From Saccostrea echinata (lineage: Eukaryota): a DNA stretch of 64,000 nucleotides. The position numbers and the translations under genes are program-made. The stretch covers positions 43,648,001 to 43,712,000 of the forward strand of contig NW_026889778.1 of NCBI RefSeq assembly GCF_033153115.1. The letters are read 5' to 3'. The notes beneath the pieces are model-generated. The model ran no database searches. It was not told the origin of the DNA and was given only the letters and a program-made list of their open reading frames with translations. This document shows positions 52,139 through 64,000 of this stretch, one piece after another; the first letter of the stretch is position 1, and each line of letters starts with the position of its first letter.

Positions 52139-53661
52139 ATTTTATGTGAAGTTGGTCACTCGAAACTCCTCATATTTTTGAAGACAAAGTTTAACAGCTA
52201 TTATATCGAAATTTTGAAAGTAAAAGAAATAATCGATGTAATTAAAATCATTTTAATGCACCATTGCTAGTTCCTCTTTTTTCCACAGGTGCTTGGTTTC
52301 AGGATGGTGTATTTTGTGTATTATGTTTACATTTACTACATTTATTGATTTATAAATTAAAACTTTGTTTGCACGACTTGTCACTTTTGTTGACCGCATG
52401 CCCCTAACATTATTTTCTCTCGCGGAATTGACTTATATTCCAATAAAATTAATAATACATATTTCTGTTCATAAGCACTCCTAAGAATATCAGAAAACAC
52501 TGCCTTGACTGTGAATCATGGAAATTGTAAATAAACCAATATTACAAAAGAACCTGTACGCAAAGATACTCAAACTAAAATGTGATTAGATTTGATACGT
52601 GTGAATTCCTTTACAATTGACATAACAACACTTGATACCATTAACTCGTTAAAAAATGCTTAGATATTTCACAAAATTTGTAGAAAACTTTCTGTTATGA
52701 GAGTGTATATGACTTTTGTATGTTTTAGGAAAAGAGCAGCTCTTGAAAATTTGATCTGCGTTTGGGATAAGTATGAAGAGAAACTTAAGCAATCGTGTAT
52801 ATTATCAAGTAAGTTTCAAATCTGCGAGCTTACTTTCATTGTATCTTACAGGTTCAAAGCTTCTTGGAGAGAGCTGTGATATTGATGAGCAGTGCACTGG
52901 CACAAAAAATGCTGGAACCTGTAAATATACAGGAGGTTTAGATTATACAGCTAGTAAAAAATGCCATTGTTATGATGGTTTTTCAACTTTTAGTGGAGAC
53001 TGCCTCCAAGGTATAATTGAATAAATCATACAAATACAATTTTTGATTTCTCAAGGAATCAATGACGTTTGTTATAAGTAATATTGCCTTTTTTAGGCAA
53101 TTTATCTGTTTGTCAGGAATGTTTCCGCTCTTCGCAGTGCAGTGTTGCAGATCCTGCTGCACGATGTGTCGATGGTCTCTGTCTCTGTATAGAGGGATAT
53201 CTAATGAGGGGAAGAGAATGTGTCCAAGGTTCGAAAAACCTGTCATTGAAATTTTTGCACTTGTGTGCAATTTTTGTATTTTTACTTAAATTAACTTAGT
53301 GAAGCCCCTTCCTTGTAATTCATTTTAAAATATTGAGAGCATACTCGCGCAATTCTGATTTAAGTACAGTTCCGTGTAAAAATCATGCAAAGGGTGATAT
53401 ATGAGAGTTCTCAGAATTTGATGATTTTCCACACATAGTGTTCTCTTGCACTATGAACCATATATGCAAAAAGAAAAATATTTTGATTCACGGTTACCAT
53501 GGAAACATAGGTAAAGAAATTTCCCTAGCAACAAGCCAATTTTCAGCTTCGATGGACCAAATATCTCTAATCTTTAAAGCTCAAATTAAATGTAAATACT
53601 AAAATAATTTCTTTTTCATTGCTGTTATTCTCAAAACAATGATCTTAAAAGTTTTCACAAT

Positions 53662-53720
<59 letters not shown>

Positions 53721-55453
53721 TTAGTATTAAAGATATATCTGTGATAAATATGGGAATATATGCATGCTTTTCCTTTTTTGCTGACTCATCATTTTCCTTG
53801 ATATTGGAATTATTCAATGTCTAATTATTCAAGTGATGGACCTCATACATGTAGAGACAACGTGTGTATATAACATAAAAGCAGAGAATTTCTTCTTTTA
53901 GGATTTGATTTCAGAAGAGTATAATTTTTTAACATTCCTATCCGTTGTCTAGCAACAAAAATGTATGCTTTGGTGAATAAAAAGAGAAAAGTAAAATGCT
54001 AGAGTCATAAATGACTCCTTAATGAATCCTATGACCGCAGAGTAAAAATTGTTGTAAATTTTCAAAATTTTAGTAAATGGACCTGATTTTTTACATACTA
54101 ATAAACAAAAGATAGGAATTTAATCAGACCTAAATCATACTTCACAGTACTCAATAAATTTCCCGTAAATCAATGTGTCCGCGAACTTTTCTAACAACCC
54201 ACGTATTCCCGTATCTATCACAGATACATCTTTAAATCTTATTTTTATATTTTGATTGTGAAAACTCTTAAATAATTGTCTTGAGAATAACAGCAATGAA
54301 AAAGAAATTATTTAAGTATTTACATTTAATTTGAGCCTGAAAGATAAAAGATTTTTGGTGCATTGAAGCTGAAAATTGGCTTGTTGCTAGGGAAATTCTT
54401 TACCCATGTTTCCATGGTAACCGTGAATCAAAACATTTTTCTTTTTGCATACATGGTTCATAGTGTAAGAGAAAAATATGTGTGGATAATCATCAAATTC
54501 TGAGAACCCTCATATATCACCTGCATGCCTATTTTGCATGATTTTGATACAGAGCTGTACCTATTTCCCCATACTCTGTTTTACTTTAAAAAGCATACAG
54601 TTTTCATTAAACTTTACATTATTAAATTTATTTTGGAAGACACGAGTAAAGAAAACGAAAAGACACAAAAAGGTAAAAGTTTTGTATTCACTTACACTTT
54701 ATCATTTTTTAGGAATTTTAAAACAATGAATCTTTTCCCTTCATTATTAATTTAATAAATAAATAAAGACAATTATTAGTTAAAGGTTTCTCCACCATCG
54801 CTGGAGTTATTGGGTATTTTCTTGGCTTAACCTCTTCAGTTTGTGCTTTTGTTATTTTCAAGAAATTTTGGAGGCGTTCGATGAAAACGTAAGTGAAGAT
54901 ATATATATGATTGTTTGCATATTTTAAAATTGTGGAAAACACATCTTAAATGAAATGTGTTGCAAAATGTAGCATTTTTGTACATCTGTTAAATATTTTT
55001 GACTTAATGCATTTTATGTAAGTTTAATCTGAATTTTACAACGTTTTTCTCACAAAACTGTACTAAGTAATAATAGATAATCTGTAAATCATATTCAGTG
55101 GACATAGCAATACGCCTTTTATGCAGACTGAAAGCAATTTAGCACTTCAAAATATGTACGATCATTCCAAAAGTGTCGTAGGCGAATCATCGTCTCAAAT
55201 ACCAGCAATTCGAAAAGAAATTGAATTCAATGATTATCCATACTCAAGCATCGAGCAGACGTACAATCATCTAAATGATAACACTGACTTGACGCCGATG
55301 AATAAGGTGTACGACTTAGCACGACACACAGAGAATGACCAGAGAGGAGATACATACACCTTAGCGAAGGCTCTACCATCTTCAGAAATGGATGTCATAG
55401 TTGAAGCTGTTGATGTTTCCACAGTGACACTATGTGACGAAGTGGAACACTGA
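42051..55453 (+). CDS. Type I membrane protein with EB/EGF-like Cys-rich repeats and Tyr-motif tail (~640 aa). Exons 42051-42078, 45474-45522, 45649-45737, 45831-46040, 46247-46426, 47235-47378, (gap)-48666, 49782-49943, 50190-50321, 52852-53010, 53097-53228, 54640-54672, ~54780-54888, 55099-55453
   Basis: All visible joins are GT-AG and phase-compatible. N-terminus MTFKFSFFPNFLLTSTISA. Phase 1-1 modules LGESC..xxQC...AGxC...CxCxxGY....C. TM segment FSTIAGVIGYFLGLTSSVCAFVIF followed by KKFWRR. Tail has YDHS, YSSI, YNHL, YDLA, YTLA. The first exon and the TM-exon acceptor are less certain. Confidence 0.85.
42921..43880. mobile_element. ~1-kb MITE family, copy 2 (2-bp TSD TG), intronic
   Basis: TG|cgcgggtatgttaaggctacaccc...gccttaacatacctgcg|TG. 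Confidence 0.92.
44116..44750. mobile_element. HINE/Helentron-type non-autonomous element (runs into gap)
   Basis: 5' hairpin taaggtcttc..gaagatctta, then tattattattc and repeated accggaagt motifs. Confidence 0.55.
47512..48390. mobile_element. hAT-like MITE (TAGGGATG terminus), partly in gaps
   Basis: tagggatggcaattgattacagaaat..aatcggttaacc versus ttaaccgattacagattttctaatcgattgccatc. Confidence 0.55.
53367..54557. mobile_element. Foldback MITE with ~290-bp TIRs and TA TSD (Tc1/mariner-type ends)
   Basis: TA|cagttccgtgtaaaaatcatgcaaa... / ...ttttgcatgattttgatacagagctg|TA. 53367-53660 is the reverse complement of 54265-54557. Confidence 0.9.
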
Positions 55454-55594
55454 TAATTCAGTTCACAAAAAAGGAATCCTTCATGTTTCTCTTTACTATT
55501 TGGACATTTACAATTGATTATAAGAAGACTGCGATGAACACTTTGAACTGGTCTGAAAGTGAACAAGTCCATACAATAATTGTATTTGGTTGAA

Positions 55595-55922
55595 CCCTAG
55601 CAAAAAAATCTCTTACAGTTAGTTATAGTTTACTATAATTAACAATAGTATTAAAGTTTTAAGTATTGTAAATCAACGTATGTTAACTATGCATTTCAGA
55701 TTAGTGTGCTTTATGTCTCCGATGCATACCTGCACATTTTTTTTCAATGAAACTATTACATGTACATGTATATCCATATATTATTTCCAGATTTTACACT
55801 GTTATCGAACTTAAGAGAATTTAAAAAGTTTCATAGAAATCAAAATATCAAAGTACTTACTAATAATAAAATATGTTAAACGATACTTAACTATAGTTAA
55901 CTATAGTAAATTTTTGTTAGGG
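55595..55922. mobile_element. CCCTAAC-type MITE (CCC..GGG termini, 2-bp TSD AA; EnSpm/CACTA-like)
   Basis: AA|ccctagcaaaaa ... tttttgttaggg|AA. Confidence 0.7.
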
Positions 55923-56092
55923 AATATTAGAACACAAGACATATTTATATTTTTAAAAATGTATATATATATTTATCAAAATCTTTATTGTTTTTTGGGG
56001 GGTGGGGTGGGGTTGGGTTAGGGGAGGTTGGGGGTGGCTTATGGCATTTTAAAGTCATTTTCTCCCTAGTCTTACGCTTCTGACAGGTACAA

Positions 56093-56412
56093 ACCGTCAC
56101 GGTAGCTCAGTCGGTAGAGCACTCGCTCCGTGATCGGGAGGTCGTGTGTTCGAATCACGACTGACCTGTCAATAAAAATAAGCGCCCAGCATTTTGAAGT
56201 GAAAGGTGCGGGTCTTTCGGATGAGAACTTAAAAACCGAGGCCCTGTGTCAGGTTAGGCGTTGGCACGATAAAGAATCATCACTGCTCAATGACCCTGAA
56301 TGCCGAGTAAAGATTTAAATTTGAAGCCCTTCACCGGTATGTGGTGACGTCTCTCTATGAGTGAAAAATTCTCGAACGGGACGTAAAATAACATACAATC
56401 AATCAATCAATC
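56093..56412 (+). mobile_element. tRNA-derived SINE with Deu/Nin-type core
   Basis: GGTAGCTCAGTCGGTAG, GTTCGAATC, ggtctttcggatgagaacttaaaaaccgaggccc, (CAAT)n tail. TSD acaggtaca. Confidence 0.9.
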
Positions 56413-58282
56413 TTACAGGTACATAGAAACATGAACATGTATAGTTGTTTCTTTTTCTAAATACGAGTATTTCAACATTGTAAAGAATAGATTTGCAAAC
56501 TATTTCCAATGAATTATGTATTTATTTTTGAACGGGCACGCTTCCTCTCATACACTTATTTTATTGCAAAGATTGCGTAATTGTAAAGCAATAATTATCT
56601 AAACTATTGCAAGTTTTTGAATATCTAACAGGATGTACAGACGAGTATTTATCGACAAAAGTATTTTACCCATCAATAATAAAGCAATGAGAAGGAAGTG
56701 TGTTTTAAGCCTTTTGTGTTTTAATTATGATAGTTGTTATCCTTTCCTGATGTATTTACCATTTTTTTCCTTTTTGAATTACATTTTGGTGGAAAATAAG
56801 CCAGTTTTATTTTGTTGCACCAAATTCATAGGATACATTGAGAGAGAAAAAACTGCATCTTTAGATACAGGTTGTTCAGTCTTGTATGCATAATGTTGAG
56901 TCTTTGTTTATGTTTGAATATTTCTAAAACATTCTAAACTATTACATATATCTGCTTTGAGTCTATTTCATAAGGTTTGGGGATAGAAAAAGTATTATTC
57001 CTCTACTTACAAGTACACCTGGAGTTGCGTAACGATTGAAAAGAATATTTTTTTTTCTTCGAAACAAACATTTCATTTAATTTAAGATCAAATAATTTTT
57101 TCTTTGATGGATTCAAATTATGTCACCAAAAATAAACATTGTATATGATATGAGAAGCTTTACAATCGTGGAAAATAGTCTTTTAGGCATTTTGAAATGC
57201 CTTATTACTAATTTTTATATACTCTACTATACATAATTACATGTAGCATGGACTTCCACAATTCTCTTATGAAAAATAATGCAATTATTTCCGTTTATAA
57301 TGTATTTTTAGAAAATTTATGAGTATGTCAAAAATTGTTCTGGAATCTTTCACGTTTTTCAATGATTTTTTTTTATTAACATATTATTCAAACATTGTAT
57401 TCATTAAGAAACAATGTCCCCATAGTTGAATGTGTAAATAACAACACAATGTTTATCTTGTTTTTGTTGTTGTTTTACAGCTAATTGGTTAATATTTTAT
57501 GTGAATCTGATATGAATGCAAAAACTTTAAGTTCTGATGTATTTTGCTTTTTACTCTAGAAAATATACTTAGTGAACGTTAAAAATTGCAAGGTTTATTT
57601 ATTGGCAATATTAAAGTTCAAAATTTGTGAGAAGTGTACTCAATACGAGGGTCGTTCGGAAATTATTGAGACATTTACTTTTACTCCTTAAAGAAAGATG
57701 GAAGTCCAAATATGATATTCAGGAAGTTAGCCAGTCCACCTAACTATGAACTCTTATTAAAGTATTATATGCGTTTTTCCAATATTGACCGGGTTAGATA
57801 AATAGGTTACCAGTCTTGTAAACTCAATTCCTTTTAACAGTTAAACGGCCCCTCCAAGACCCCTCCCCTGTCAAAAAATGAATTTTTTATATGGAATTCA
57901 GGATGTAAGCCAGCCCCTTCGAACTATGTACTCCTCCTTAAATAACAGTATTACTTGCGTTTTTTCACAATTTTGACCGGGCTAGCTAAATAAGTTATCG
58001 GTGTCGTAAACTCAATTCCTATTGAGAGTCAAACGAACCCTACCAGACGCCTCCCCTCTGAAGAGATGGAGGTCTAAATAATGGATTCAGGATGTAAGCC
58101 AGCCCCTCGAACTATGTACTCTTATAACAGTATTATATGCTTTTTCTCAATTTTTACCAGGCTAGCTTAATAGTTTAAAACGGTCCCTCCAGACTTTTTC
58201 TCCTGTAAAAACATGGAGGTCTAAATAATGGATTCCTGATGTAAGCCAGACCCTCGAACTTTATACTCTTATAACAGCATTA

Positions 58283-59275
58283 CGCGGGTATGTTAAGGCT
58301 ACACCCAGAAATAGCCTACTTGCCTTCACAATATGACGTCATAGTAAGCTGTATGACGTGAACTATAGAAATAATGATTTCTTAATATCTATCTTTAAAG
58401 TTTAATTTCAGGTCCAAGAAAAGAATGGAATCATTCAAAACATAACATAAACTAAATCTTGTCGTTTTTGGGTGGTATAAATAGCTAGTTATTTAGCACG
58501 GGGGTTAAATACCAAACCCATGACGTCATAACTATTGATCAAATATTTGCCGAGTGAAATGAGAATTCATGTAAACAAATATATGAAATGGGTGTTTTAA
58601 GGCATATACCATGAATGTTATGTGTGATTCAAAAGGAATTAAAGATTAAGAATCAGGTACGCTGATATATTCTTATCATGTTTTCTTATAATGAACATAG
58701 TCAGTGCTTTGAAATCCCGATCAGCCGTTCCTCTGTCGTTCTATAACAACAAAGATGCAAAAGTTCAACACTACGCCGCATACTTTGAAATATAAGTTTT
58801 GTTTGTATCGAAAGCTTGTATTCTATAGTACTTGGAAAGTGCTGCTAGAATCTTGTGGTTAACATGAATTGATAAAAATTCCTTGATCGTATGTATAAAA
58901 TGTAAAAATTTTGGAAAGGTTTCATGCGAAACTTTGGAATATTTTTTTCTGTGTCAGGAGAGTAGGATTCTAGCAGCACTTTTCATGGCCCAGTGATGTT
59001 TTAACATAATTATTTTCACTAAAAGAAATGAGTTATCTCCGGGGTAGTGTTGAACTTTTCACTTTTTCATTAAGGCAGTTTTTCTATTTATAGACGTCAC
59101 GTGATGACGTCGTAGTGGAGTGCTTCTTTTAGCCTAAGACTCAATGACGTCTATACAATGAATAATTATAGTAAATGTTTTATCTATGGTTTTTCCGATT
59201 TATCAATGTTACATTTTACAAAAAAAGTATAAATTCGCCGAAATATGATCTGGGTACTGCCTTAACATACCTGCG
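58283..59275. mobile_element. ~1-kb MITE family, copy 3 (2-bp TSD TA), inserted in the satellite
   Basis: TA|cgcgggtatgttaaggc...gccttaacatacctgcg|TA. Confidence 0.92.
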
Positions 59276-59989
59276 TATATACGTATTTCGTAAATTTGAC
59301 TTGGCTAGGGAAATAGGTTACTAGGTAAATAGGTCTTGTAAAGCCAATTCCTTTTGAGGGCCAAACGGTCCCTCCAAGACCCTTCCCCATTCAAGAGAAG
59401 AAGGTCTCAATCTAGGATTAAGGATGTTAACTAGCCCCTGAAACTTTGTACTCTCATAACAGAATTATACGGGGTTTTCCCCATTTTTACCTGGCTAGCT
59501 TAATAGGTTGCCGGTCTTGAACACTAAATTCCTTTTCAGAGTTAATCGGCCCTTCCAAGTTCCCTCTCCTGTAAAAAGACGGAGGTCTCATTGTAGGATT
59601 TGAATATTAGCCAGCCCCTCGAACTATGTACTATTATAACAGTATTACATGCGTTTTTTCACAATTTTGACCGGGTTAGCTAAATAAGTTATCGGGGTCG
59701 TAAACTCAATTCCTATTGAGAGTCAAACGGTCCTTACCAGACGCTTTCCCTCTAAAAAGATGGAGGTCTAAATATTGGATTCAGGATGTAATCCATCCCC
59801 TCAAACTATGTACTATTATAACAGTATTAAACGTTTTCTCTTTCCAATTTTTACCAGGCTAGCTAAATAGGATACCGGTCTTGTAAACTCATCTCCTTTT
59901 GACAGTCAAACGGTCCCTTCCAGACACCCTCTTATAAAAAGATGGAGGTCTAGTATGGGATTCAGGATGTAATCCAGCCCCTCGAACTA

Positions 59990-62735
59990 CAGACCCTGAA
60001 ACGTGCTACTACCCCAAAAAAGCGTGTAACTTTCGTGCGCTTTTCGTTTCGTGCAAACCGTGTAGCGTTTCGTGTAAACCGTGCAGCGTTTCGTGCAAAC
60101 CGTGTAGCGTTTCGTGTAAACCGTGCAGCGTTTCGTGTAAGCTCCAAAGCGTTTCGTGCAAACCGTGTAGCGAGCGTGCGAGAAGCGTGTGAGAAACGTG
60201 CGACTTTCGTGTAAGAACCGTGTGAGAAACGTGCGACTTTCGTGCAAGAATCGTGTGAGAAACGTGTAGGAGTCATTCGGAGGTCATTTTATTTTAAATA
60301 TGGCTATCAATGGATCAACATGTCACTGTGTTGTTTGTAACCAATATTATTCGGATATATCATACCGGTGGCATTTAAGAGAAAAAAAATACGGAAACAA
60401 CAAAATAAAATTACTCGGTAATGTATTACATATTTGTTTGATTTTCTTTCTTTTTTTTTATTTAAATAAAGACGGAAAGAAAATATGTTCAAAGTAATTA
60501 ATTATAAGCACATTCAATTTTAAGGTATTTGATTCAAAACATTTTTTTAAAGGGAGCAATATTGAATTTTTTTAAAAAGAAAAATTCATCAGGAATCCCG
60601 TCTTGTCCTTTTCATTCATTTATTTGAATCTCTTCACCATTTTACAATTATGTTACTTAGAGATTACAAGAACATATGGGTGATTAATGCAAAATAATAG
60701 ATTGATAAGACAGGCGTGAAAAATAAAATACAAAGTTTAGTGCGCTGCTGTAAATGCTATAAATATATATGGGAATTCTAGGCCGGGGAGCACAATATTT
60801 TTTTTTTCTTTATAAACGAACATAATTTTCCTATATAACAAGATTGTGATACAAATAATTTTGAAATGATGAGTCATTTATAGTCTTTTTATGCATAAAA
60901 TTGGTTGATTAATAATTTCTTATAAATGAAACACAATTCACATGCGTCGGCAAATACAGGGTTAAATATTTTCGGGGGGGGGGGGGGGGTTCAAATGAAA
61001 ACATAAACTTTGAGTTTTTGTTGTTAATAAGTTTTTTATAGATAATTTTCTTTTTAAAGAAAATTATTGCTTTTTTTCGGGGTGCGCCCGATGCAGCCCT
61101 TAAAAATTTATTGGAATCTTCTTTACACTTCCGACACTCGTCTTACGACTGTGATCAAGGTCATTTACAACAGCGATCACGGGCTCCGCATGCCGGGAAC
61201 TGAAAACTTGTTCTGCTGCATGTACATGTATTATCTCTTGTCAATCATGGCTAAGATGACACCCGACGATAACGATTGATTTTTAATTCGTCAAATTAAA
61301 TGGTTTTATTAGTATTTAATGGGAACAAATAAATAATCGTGGATTTTATTTCTTAAATTTATCCGATTGTCTGTAAACAGTGAATTAAGCCAGTGTATTC
61401 GTGAATAAAAAATATAAGGAAAATCCTGAATAATTATATATTAGTTGTTTTATTAATCATGTAGTTCTAGAGCAAAGTTTTAGGACATTGGACATGTATA
61501 CATGTATATTGAATGCATTGTTAAACGCCGCGACTATTGATTACATGGACATTTTTTTTTGTCTAGACGGGGTTTGAAATCAAGGATTTTACAAGGTGGT
61601 GGGTATATTGTTTTTATTTGATAAACACAATGCCTCAAAGGAGAACGAAAGAATTACAATTCCTAATCCACCATGGGCAGCTTCTCTACCATATAAAATT
61701 TTAATGATAAATCAAAGTTTAATTCTGTAATGAAACGATATATTTACCATTCTGGATAAGTGCATTTAATGAATTACATGTATCGGATCCCGCTGGAGAT
61801 ATGGATATCCTTTTTTTTTTTCTTAGAACGGGCATTTGTTTCTAAAATATTTTTTTCTCCAATGCTTTACTTACTAAAACAAGTGCCCGTTATATTTAGC
61901 CATGATCTCGGTAATCTACCCCCCCCCCCTTCCTGCACAATGTTCTTGTTTGATGCAATGTACATATTACCTTTGAAAATTATTAATAGAACCTAATTTA
62001 ATCAAATGAAAGTATTTATTTACTTAATCAAAAAAATGAATAAATCAATCAATAATTAAAAAAAGACAAGAAATGAAAATCAATCCGTTTTCAGAAATCA
62101 TACACAATTTAATCAATATTTTTTTTTTTTTTTAAATCAATAACTGGGTTTATTTTTCAGTAATAAAATGTCTTTTTAATATCAAACTATAAAAACATTG
62201 AATGCTGTAAAAGATTATGAGTTACAAAGATTTTTTTTTTTCAGTGGATAATTTAGAGTCTAATGAAAAAGGTGTGTACATGTACATAGACGATGATTTC
62301 ACCGGGCGGGTCACATACTCAATGACAACTATTAATTAATTACAACTTAACATTGAGTATTTTATCTGTCAATATAGTACTGGTGTAGCTAGTTCTAATC
62401 TTAATCTGAATGATTGAAATTCTTAACTAATCTTTGATTAATCCGTAATAATTTAAATAAAGTCCGAGAGATTCCGAATAGAAAATCCAGATCGAGGCCA
62501 AAGCGTGCGAGAACCGTGTACAAAGCGTGTGAGAAACGTGTACAAAGCGTTTCGTGCAGGCTTTCGTGTAAACCGTGCAGCCTTTCGTGCAAAGCGTTTC
62601 GTGTAAACCGTGTAGCGTTTCGTGCAAACCGTGTAGCGTTTCGTGTAAACCGTGCAGCGTTTCGTGCAAACCGTATAGCGAGCGTGTACCGTTCGTGCAG
62701 CGTGCGTGTGGGGTAGTAGCACGTTTCTGGGTCTG
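59990..62735. mobile_element. 2.7-kb non-autonomous DNA transposon with TA TSD and 21-bp subterminal tandem repeats
   Basis: TA|cagaccctgaaacgtgctactacccca ... tggggtagtagcacgtttctgggtctg|TA. ttcgtg(c/t)aaaccgtg(t/c)agcgt arrays at 60040-60270 and 62500-62700. The satellite resumes in register. Confidence 0.9.
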
Positions 62736-64000
62736 TATATACTCTTATATCAGTACAAGAAGCGTTTTACCATAGTTTTACCGGACTAGCTAAATAGCAT
62801 ACAATGTACCTATATTGTAAACTCAATTTCTTTTGGCAGTCAAACGGTCCCTCTCAGACATCCTTTCTGTAAAAAGATAAAGGTCTAATTTATGTGATTA
62901 AGGATGTTAGCCAACCTCTCGAACTTTATACTCTTATGACAGTATTATAAGCGTTTTTCCTTCTTTCTTTCGACAGTCAAACGGTTCTTTCCAGATCCCT
63001 TCTCTGTCCAAAGATGAAGGTCTTAATATGGGATTCAGGATGTTAGCCAGCCCCTCGAACTATGTACTTTTACAAGAGTTTTATTTATACGTGTTTATCC
63101 CAATTTTGACCGTGTTAGCTAAATGGGTTACTGGTCTTGTAAACTCAATTCCTTTTTCCCAGGCACATCCCCATTCAAGATATGAAGGTCTAAATACTTG
63201 ATTCAGGATGTTAGCCAGCCCTCCGAACTATGAACTCTTATAACCGTATTGTATTTCCCAAATTTTGTTTTATCAAAAAAGTCTTATTACGAGTGTGCTA
63301 TTTGCATGAAACCAGTAGAACTCTGAAGATAAAACTACAATTATGTATTTTCCGATTAAAGATGTCATGATATTAAAGATTTATTTATGATTTTAAAAAA
63401 TGCTGTTTTTCGATGATCTTTTAAAAATATTTAGCTATATCATTTAGATAAAACATGCCTCAAGGAGGATGTCACTTTTTTGGAAAGATTCATTACAAAG
63501 AAGTTTTAAATCAAAAATTTAGCGAAATTTAGAATTAAATCTGCAGGTTAATGTTTTATCGCTAGTAATAGATGATCAATGCAGGAAATAAAAGTGAAGA
63601 ATGACAACATCACTGAACGTCTAAAATAGGCAGAAATGGTTCAGATGCTGCTGGGAATTTCTTACACGTATCTAGGACCAGTGTCGGAATGAAAACAACT
63701 TTGTTAGATGGAAGGAATGACTTTTTGTTGATCAAATCCTTAAACACCCTATGACCCTCTTATCGCATGGATGCTACACCTTTGGATTTGGCACTGTTTC
63801 CATACATGATTGCTTAACTTCAGTAGACATTGATTTTTTTTTAGATATCAGTAATACCCAATACGCCACCTTTGATATATTTTAGGAAAAAAACTACATG
63901 TCTTTTACAGTTAATCAAAGTTTAGAAAAGACATAAAAATCTGAAACTGAAAGATATATAGAACTTAGAAAAAGTTTTACAGATTTGGAATCATGATGTC

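Larger units (their letters stand above)
57680..63262. repeat. ~180-bp satellite array (about 11 units) interrupted by two transposons
   Basis: ttcaggatgttagccagcccctcgaactatgtactc recurring at ~57719, 57898, 58086, 58234, 59419, 59598, 59780, 59961, 62899, 63034, 63202. Confidence 0.9.

Noticed and set aside
59962-62775. Several repetitive ORFs (TRFARNA.., LHETLHG.., CKPCSVS..)
   Set aside because: Translations of the 21-bp subterminal arrays in multiple frames and strands.

Overview
AT-rich eukaryotic genomic scaffold with N gaps, very probably an oyster or related bivalve (Cg170-like ~166-bp satellite units, Deu/Nin-core SINEs, HINE-type repeats). Two host genes can be reconstructed from splice signals and reading phase, both on the + strand. 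The first is a small spliced gene (~11.8-13.74 kb) encoding signal peptide + propeptide + KR + a 96-aa strongly cationic, helical-looking mature peptide that fits no oyster AMP family I recognise. The second is a 14-coding-exon type I membrane protein (42051-55453) with one Cys-rich EGF-like exon, six EB-type exons and a Tyr-motif-rich tail. The rest is layered mobile DNA. It includes a full-length but mutated Ngaro-type tyrosine-recombinase retrotransposon (33503-40977, minus strand) with split direct repeats, SGNH hydrolase, gag, RT/RNaseH and YR, a 30-bp tandem array, and four stem-covarying hairpins just 3' of YR. There are also ISL2EU-type transposase and YqaJ/PHD pseudogenes, two tandem Ginger1-like elements sharing a CCGG target, a deleted mariner, several MITE families, SINEs and a ~180-bp satellite. 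All family calls come from motif recognition by eye; no database search was run.
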